A stretch of DNA of 14,311 bases from Phycisphaerales bacterium (lineage in GTDB: Bacteria; Planctomycetota; Phycisphaerae; Phycisphaerales; UBA1924). The notes below the pieces were generated by a model. The model was not told where the DNA came from, did not search any database, and was given only the letters and a program-made list of their open reading frames with translations. The position numbers and the translations under genes were made by a program. The DNA lies in assembly GCA_947476675.1 (NCBI GenBank), contig CANJRL010000068.1, positions 1 to 14,311 of the forward strand, in the 5' to 3' direction. Positions 8,957 to 14,311 of this stretch are shown in pieces. Position 1 is the first letter of the stretch; each line of letters begins with the position of its first letter.

Positions 8957-9634
8957 CTAGGTGAGCGTGCTCCGCCTCCTCGCCTCCCCCTCCCCATCCA
9001 TCTTCGTCACCGCCGCCTTGTAGATACCCAGGTACTGCCGCCAGGGCCCCACGGCGTCCTCGTACCGCGCCGCCATCCCCCGCGCTATCTGCGCCAGGTG
9101 ATTCAGGTCGTGGACCGCCCATGTGGCGAGGAGATTGGCGAGCGTGACCTCGCCCAGGGCCGGGTGCCGCCCGCGCTTGGCCAGGTCCGCCGGCACAAGC
9201 CGGAGCGCCCGCAGGGCCGCGAGGTTCGCGCCGCGGGCGGCGTCGAACTCATCCAGCAGGTCGCCCATCGACTTTCCGCGGCTGGTCTCGAAGTGGGCGT
9301 AGCGGTCGTACTTGTCGAATGGCCGGTCCGTGCCGTGGTCGAGGATGATGCGGGCTCGCACCATCCAGTCCGTGCGCTCGCCGGTGATGAGGTGGCCAAC
9401 GACGTCGTACGGGGTGAATGTCCCCTCGCCGTAGCCGCCGCTGACCCAGGCCTGATCGATCCCCGCGAGCAGCCCGCGGAGCACGCTCGGCGTGCGCTCC
9501 AGCACCTCGATTGTCTTTCCGAGGTCGAACTCCAACTTCGGGCTCCACGCATGCGAACAATCGTCCGGAAGTGCGCTCCGGCGGCGCCCCCATCGAGGGC
9601 ACACTAGGCTTCGCTCCCGACGCCATCCGGACAT
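8957..9634 (-). CDS. DinB/YfiT-like (DinB_2 superfamily) metal-dependent protein.
   Basis: The C-terminal 190 aa fit a DinB-like four-helix bundle, with the conserved WAVHDLNHLAQIARGM and YDVVGHLITGE motifs. The start is uncertain. The ATG at 9634 lies only 3 bp from the divergent gene and has no Shine-Dalgarno sequence. An internal GTG (VCPRW...) preceded by GGGAG is an alternative. Only the 3' 678 nt of the 1127-aa ORF-track entry are credible. Confidence 0.65.
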   Translation of the reverse strand: MSGWRRERSLVCPRWGRRRSALPDDCSHAWSPKLEFDLGKTIEVLERTPSVLRGLLAGIDQAWVSGGYGEGTFTPYDVVGHLITGERTDWMVRARIILDHGTDRPFDKYDRYAHFETSRGKSMGDLLDEFDAARGANLAALRALRLVPADLAKRGRHPALGEVTLANLLATWAVHDLNHLAQIARGMAARYEDAVGPWRQYLGIYKAAVTKMDGEGEARRRSTLT

Positions 9635-9637
9635 CAC

Positions 9638-10417
9638 ATGCCACACAAGCAGCCCGGCAGCCCCGACCACCGACCCATCATCGGCATCACCGCCGACGTC
9701 CACACCGACAGCACGGGGATCGGCTGGTTCCGCTCGCGATTCGAGTACGCCGACGCCGTGAGCCGCGCCGGAGGCGTGCCCGTCCTCCTCGCGCCGCCTC
9801 CGTCCGACGACCTGGTCGACGCCCACGCCCGGGCCTGCGCCGCGATGGTCGACGCGGTGGTCTTCTCGGGGGGCGCGGACATCAACACCGAGTCGCTTGC
9901 AGGCCCGGGCCGCGCGCCGCTCCACCCCAAAGCCTCGGCCATGGACGCGAGGCGCCAGGCCTTCGACCTCGCCCTCTTCCGCGCACTCGACGGCGAGGAC
10001 GCGCGGCACAAGCCCGTGCTGGGCATCTGCCTCGGCATGCAGGAGATGGCCGCGCACCGCGGCGCGCGGCTCATCCAGCACATGCACGACACGCTCGGGG
10101 ACGGCGCCGAGGCTCACCGCCGCGACAACCACCACGCCGTCGCGCCGTCGATCGGAGACCACCCGGTGATCCGCGTCGCGGCACGGGTCGCGAGCAGCCA
10201 CCATCAGGCGGTCGACCTGCCGGCGGGAAGCCCGCTCCGCGTGGTCGCCCGCGGTCATGACGGGGTGATCGAGGCGGTCGACGACCCCGCGCGGCCGTTC
10301 TACCTGGGCGTGCAATGGCACCCCGAGCGCACGCGCCGCGATGAGGGCGCCGGCGATGCGCTGAGCGACGGGTTGTTCCGGGCCCTTGTCGAGCACGCCC
10401 GTGCGCAGCGCCGCTAA
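9638..10417 (+). CDS. Class-I glutamine amidotransferase, peptidase C26 / gamma-glutamyl-GABA hydrolase (PuuD)-like.
   Basis: The product is 259 aa. The motifs are IIGITADV, the nucleophile elbow LGICLGMQ, HHQAVD and GVQWHPE, with the His/Glu of the catalytic triad. Confidence 0.85.
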   Translation: MPHKQPGSPDHRPIIGITADVHTDSTGIGWFRSRFEYADAVSRAGGVPVLLAPPPSDDLVDAHARACAAMVDAVVFSGGADINTESLAGPGRAPLHPKASAMDARRQAFDLALFRALDGEDARHKPVLGICLGMQEMAAHRGARLIQHMHDTLGDGAEAHRRDNHHAVAPSIGDHPVIRVAARVASSHHQAVDLPAGSPLRVVARGHDGVIEAVDDPARPFYLGVQWHPERTRRDEGAGDALSDGLFRALVEHARAQRR

Positions 10418-10435
10418 ACGAACGCCAGGAGCGCC

Positions 10436-12412
10436 GTGACCCCTCCGATCGCCGCCGACGCTTCGTCCCTGCCCCCCGGTGCGCTCGAGGCCGTGCGGCG
10501 GCACTGGGGCTATTCGTCGCTGCGTCCGCTCCAGGCGGAGGCGATCGCCGCGGAACTGGCGCAGCGGGATTCGGTCGTGGTGATGCCGACGGGGGGCGGG
10601 AAGTCGCTCTGCTACCAGGTTCCGCCTCTGGTCAGCGGGCGGCTGACGGTCGTTGTCTCGCCGCTGATCGCGCTGATGAACGACCAGGTGGCCGGGCTGG
10701 GGCTGGTCGGGTACCCGGCCGCGGCGCTGCACAGCCACGTGGAGCCGGAGGAAGCGGCGGACATCCGCCGCCGCGCCGCGTCGGGGGAACTGCGGCTGCT
10801 CTTCGTCGCGCCCGAGCGGCTGCTGACCGAGCCGTTCCTGGCGTTCCTGCGGGGCCTGAAGGCGCTGGCGGTGGGGGGCATCGCGATCGACGAGGCCCAC
10901 TGCATCAGCCAGTGGGGGCACGATCTCCGCCCCGAGTACCGCCGCCTCGCGGAACTGCGCCACCGCTTCCCGGGCGTGGCGCTGCACGCGTACACCGCGA
11001 CGGCGACCCCCCGCGTGCGCGAGGACATCGCGGCGCAGCTCGCGCTCCGCGACCCCGCGGTGCTGGTCGGGCGGTTCGACCGGCCGAACCTCACGTATCG
11101 CGTGGTCCCCCGCGTGCGGCCGACCGAGCAGATCGAGCGGGCGCTGCGCCGGCACGAGGGCAGCGCCGCGATCGTCTATTGCATCAGCCGCAGGGACACC
11201 GAGAGCGTCGCCGACTCGCTGCGCAATCTGCCGGGCTCGCGCTCGATCGAGGCCCGCGCCTACCACGCGGGAATGACCCCCGACCAGCGGGCGCGGGTGC
11301 AGGCGCGGTTCAAGGCCGAGCGGCTCAACGTCGTGGTCGCGACGGTCGCGTTCGGCATGGGCATCGACCGGGGCGATGTGCGGTGCGTCGTCCATGCTGC
11401 GATGCCCAAGTCCATCGAGCACTACCAGCAGGAGACGGGCCGCGCCGGGCGCGACGGCCTGGCGGCGGAGTGCGTGCTGCTCACGTCGGCCGCGGACGGG
11501 GCGCGGTGGCGGCGGCTTCTGGAGCGCTCCGCCGCCGAGTCGGGCGCGACCCCGGAATCGCTGCGGGCGCAGGCGGACCTGCTGGCGCACATGCAGCGCT
11601 TCGCGAGCGCCGCCAGGTGCCGCCACGCCGCCCTGAGCGAGTACTTCGGGCAGGCCTACGCGCGGCCCGCGGATGCCGCGCCCGCGTCCGGTTGCGGCGC
11701 CTGCGACGTGTGCTTGGGCGAACTCGCCCCGGTCGCCGACGCGACGGTCCTGGCGCAGAAGGTCCTGTCGTGCGTCGCCCGCGTCCGGGGCGGCTTCGGC
11801 GCGGCGCACATCGCCGACGTGCTCCGGGGCCGCGCAACCCGGCGCATCACCCAGCGGGGCCACCACGAACTGAGCACGTTCGGCCTGCTCCGGGGCGCCC
11901 GGCGCGAGGCGGTGCTGGCGTACATCGAGCAATTGATCGACCTCGGCGCGCTCGAGCGCGACGAGGGCGAGCAGGGGCGCTACCCCACGCTCCGCCTCAA
12001 CGCCGCATCGCTCGAGGTGCTGCGCGGGCAGCGCGGCGTCTCGCTGGTCGAGCCCAAGCCCGCGCAGGGGCTTCCCGCCGAGCGACACGGCCCACCCAAC
12101 GCGCGGCGCGAGGACGCCCTCGCCGGGTTGTCGGCCGAGGAGCGCGCGCTCTTCGAGTCGCTGCGCGTGCTCCGCCGCCAGATCGCCGAGGAGCGCGCCG
12201 TGCCCCCGTTCATGATCTTCGCCGACACCACGCTGATCGACCTGGCCCGCGCCCGCCCGGCCGACCGGGCGGCGTTGGTCCAGATCCGCGGCGTCGGTCA
12301 GGCCAAACTCGCCGCCTTCGGGCAGCGCTTCATCGACCACATCCGCTCCGCCGGCGCGCCAGAGCCGCCCCCGCCTGTGCGAGAGGAGGCTCCGCGCTCC
12401 TGGGCGCTCTGA
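10436..12412 (+). CDS. recQ: ATP-dependent DNA helicase RecQ.
   Basis: GTG start with AGGAG upstream. The helicase motifs are PTGGGKSLCYQ, SPLIALMNDQ and DEAHCISQWGHDLRPEY. The zinc-binding/RQC region is CRHAALSEYFG...CGACDVC. The C-terminal HRDC domain is FESLRVLRRQIAEERAVPPFMIFADTTLIDLA...IRGVGQAKL. Confidence 0.95.
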   Translation: MTPPIAADASSLPPGALEAVRRHWGYSSLRPLQAEAIAAELAQRDSVVVMPTGGGKSLCYQVPPLVSGRLTVVVSPLIALMNDQVAGLGLVGYPAAALHSHVEPEEAADIRRRAASGELRLLFVAPERLLTEPFLAFLRGLKALAVGGIAIDEAHCISQWGHDLRPEYRRLAELRHRFPGVALHAYTATATPRVREDIAAQLALRDPAVLVGRFDRPNLTYRVVPRVRPTEQIERALRRHEGSAAIVYCISRRDTESVADSLRNLPGSRSIEARAYHAGMTPDQRARVQARFKAERLNVVVATVAFGMGIDRGDVRCVVHAAMPKSIEHYQQETGRAGRDGLAAECVLLTSAADGARWRRLLERSAAESGATPESLRAQADLLAHMQRFASAARCRHAALSEYFGQAYARPADAAPASGCGACDVCLGELAPVADATVLAQKVLSCVARVRGGFGAAHIADVLRGRATRRITQRGHHELSTFGLLRGARREAVLAYIEQLIDLGALERDEGEQGRYPTLRLNAASLEVLRGQRGVSLVEPKPAQGLPAERHGPPNARREDALAGLSAEERALFESLRVLRRQIAEERAVPPFMIFADTTLIDLARARPADRAALVQIRGVGQAKLAAFGQRFIDHIRSAGAPEPPPPVREEAPRSWAL

Positions 12413-12434
12413 AGATGCCGCGTGCCCGCCGCCG

Positions 12435-14311
12435 TCAGTTGGTCGCCGGCCTGGTCGCGAGCGCGTCGATCAGCGTCGCGAGGTCGCTAAAACCGATCTC
12501 GCCGTCGTGGTCGAAGTCCAGCTCGAAGCGGAAGCCAGCCTCGTCGACCTTCGACCCGTACCCGCGGAGCAGCGCCATCACGTCCTCGACGCTGTACGCA
12601 ACCCCGGACGGCAGGGCCGAAGCCTGCACGCCCAGCGGCACGTCGACGTCGAAGAAGAGGATCGGCAGGTTGATGCGGCGGGGCCGGCCCGGGATGACCG
12701 GCGGCTGCCCGGTGACCGTCGCGCCCACGCGGAAGTCGTCGATGTACCACCCCGAAAGACCCCGATCGGCGGTCGTCGAGATGGTGAAGCGCAGCCGGAT
12801 CTTCTGCCCCGCATACCCGCGGAGGTCGTAGAACCGCTGCGTCCAGCCGTAGACAAGCCCCGACGGCTTCGCCGACAGCGGGGTCGGCGTCGCCGGCTGG
12901 CCGGTGTCGGCGTTGATCACCTCGACGATCGCGGTGTCGAGCCCGTGGCCCCAGATATCCAGCTGCTCCCACCACGACACCGACGCTCCGCGCACGCCCT
13001 GGTTGCCGATGCGGGGGTTCCCGGTGGTGAGATCGATCAGCGGGGACAGCAGCGTGTGCACCGCGGGGGCGCCCGCGAAGGCATCGCCGGAGCCGTTGGT
13101 CAGGTAGCAGTTCCCGCCGCTGAACGCCGGGCCGAACTGCAGCGAGGGCCCGACCCTGAGCGAGGGAACGCCGCGGCGCCAGTCGCCCGAGGGGATCCAG
13201 CCCTGGGGGCCCTCGTTCGGCGTCTCCATCGTGTCGGTGTCGCCGATCGCCATCACCGGCGAGGATTCCCGCGGCACGATCCGCACGATCTGGGGGAACG
13301 AGTACCGGTTGGCCGAGTTGATCGTGAACACCGCGTAGGAGACGTTGCTGAGCAGGCCGGCGCTCGCGCTCGAATCGATGTACGAGGTGATCCCCGCCGC
13401 GACTCGCAGGATCTTCGCGCCGGTGGACGTCTCCGACCCCTCGGCGTAGGTCGAGCCGTCGTCCGGCAGCCAGTTGTTCGCCGCCGAATCGAAGCGCACG
13501 AGCATCGTCTTGGCGTACTCGCCGGTCGCGTCGGCCGGCGGGTTCGACCAGTTGAGCCGGGTGGTGGTCGGCGTCAGCGAGTAGCTGAAGCCGGTGGTCG
13601 GCGCCGGCCAGGTCTTCCCGTCCGCGAGCGCGGCCCGCGCGGCCGCGACCGCCGCGGCCGCGTCCACCAGGCCGTAGCCGAACGTGTCGCTCCTCCTGGT
13701 CAGCGGATCGAACGCGAACACGGTGGCGTCGATGTCGGTGAACACCGACCCTCCCCGGGTCGCGCGGAGCGCGGTCTTCTGCAGGATGCGCCGCACCTGG
13801 GCGGCGTACAGCGTCGGGTTCTCCGCGAACACAAGGGCCGCGACCCCGGCGACGATCGGCGTCGCCGCGGACGTCCCCCCGAACGACCCGCGCCCCGACA
13901 CCGCCGTGTAGTCCGCCCCGGGGCTCGCGCCCGACACGTATCCGGCGTTCCCCGTGCCGTCGGTCGTGACGATCCCCAGGGTCGACGGGCGAAGGTCGTT
14001 CGAGGGGCCGGACAACTCGAGCTTCGGACCGAAATTCGCGTAGGACGAGTGCCGGCCCTTGTTCGACATCGCGCCGACCGCGACCGTCTGATCCATGCTC
14101 GCGAGGCTGCTCCCGTAAGGCACGGGCAGAGCCCGCCGCTCGGCGAACGTCCCGTTCCCCGAGGCGAACAGGAACAGCGTGCCCTTGCCCGAGCGGCCCG
14201 TGGTGTAGCCGGTGATGATCGCGCTGCGCACGTCGTCGGGCAGAACCGACGGATCGGTGTAGCTCCAGGAGTTGGTGTGCACCATCGCCCCGTTCGCCAC
14301 GGCCCCCGCGA
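12435..14311 (-). CDS. Subtilisin-like serine peptidase (S8 family), 5'-truncated at the window edge, with C-terminal beta-sandwich domains and a dockerin/EF-hand-like Ca-binding motif.
   Basis: The catalytic Ser motif is GTSAATPIVAGVAAL and the oxyanion region is ASGNG, with VAVGAM and SSYANFGP alongside. The His and Asp motifs must lie upstream of the window. The frame is open through the window end. The C-terminal DFDHDGEIGFSDLATLIDAL is dockerin-like. Confidence 0.85.
   Translation of the reverse strand, partial: AGAVANGAMVHTNSWSYTDPSVLPDDVRSAIITGYTTGRSGKGTLFLFASGNGTFAERRALPVPYGSSLASMDQTVAVGAMSNKGRHSSYANFGPKLELSGPSNDLRPSTLGIVTTDGTGNAGYVSGASPGADYTAVSGRGSFGGTSAATPIVAGVAALVFAENPTLYAAQVRRILQKTALRATRGGSVFTDIDATVFAFDPLTRRSDTFGYGLVDAAAAVAAARAALADGKTWPAPTTGFSYSLTPTTTRLNWSNPPADATGEYAKTMLVRFDSAANNWLPDDGSTYAEGSETSTGAKILRVAAGITSYIDSSASAGLLSNVSYAVFTINSANRYSFPQIVRIVPRESSPVMAIGDTDTMETPNEGPQGWIPSGDWRRGVPSLRVGPSLQFGPAFSGGNCYLTNGSGDAFAGAPAVHTLLSPLIDLTTGNPRIGNQGVRGASVSWWEQLDIWGHGLDTAIVEVINADTGQPATPTPLSAKPSGLVYGWTQRFYDLRGYAGQKIRLRFTISTTADRGLSGWYIDDFRVGATVTGQPPVIPGRPRRINLPILFFDVDVPLGVQASALPSGVAYSVEDVMALLRGYGSKVDEAGFRFELDFDHDGEIGFSDLATLIDALATRPATN

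Noticed and set aside
9635-12340. The upstream 900 codons of the 1127-aa minus-strand ORF (8957..12340).
   Set aside because: It is antisense to the strongly supported amidotransferase and recQ genes. Only the last roughly 225 codons (the DinB-like domain) carry recognisable protein signatures.
10912-12831. A 639-aa plus-strand ORF.
   Set aside because: It is an alternate-frame read of recQ continuing antisense into the S8 gene. It is rich in Arg/Pro/Gly and has no domain.

Overview
This 14.3 kb window is high-GC (about 70%) bacterial chromosomal DNA. A prepilin-type/DUF1559-like gene suggests a Planctomycetota-type genome. I can support 12 protein-coding genes on both strands. Reading left to right: a 3'-terminal gene fragment; a lipoyl-bearing dihydrolipoamide acyltransferase (E2); a secreted hypothetical; a translationally coupled pair (membrane-anchored Ala-rich protein plus prepilin-like DUF1559 protein); an SPFH/flotillin gene; asnS; a compositionally atypical NYN-domain nuclease gene; a DinB/YfiT-like gene; a PuuD-like class-I glutamine amidotransferase; recQ; and a 5'-truncated subtilisin-like S8 peptidase with a dockerin-like C-terminus. 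The many long ORFs on the opposite strand or in alternate frames are high-GC shadow ORFs. The most interesting region is about 8.1-8.96 kb. It is a roughly 55% GC islet carrying the NYN nuclease gene. Its upstream intergenic region has, on the opposite strand, a sigma70-like promoter, two hairpins and a textbook intrinsic terminator. Together these define a roughly 60-nt candidate antisense small RNA. I found no rRNA, tRNA, CRISPR array or transposase.
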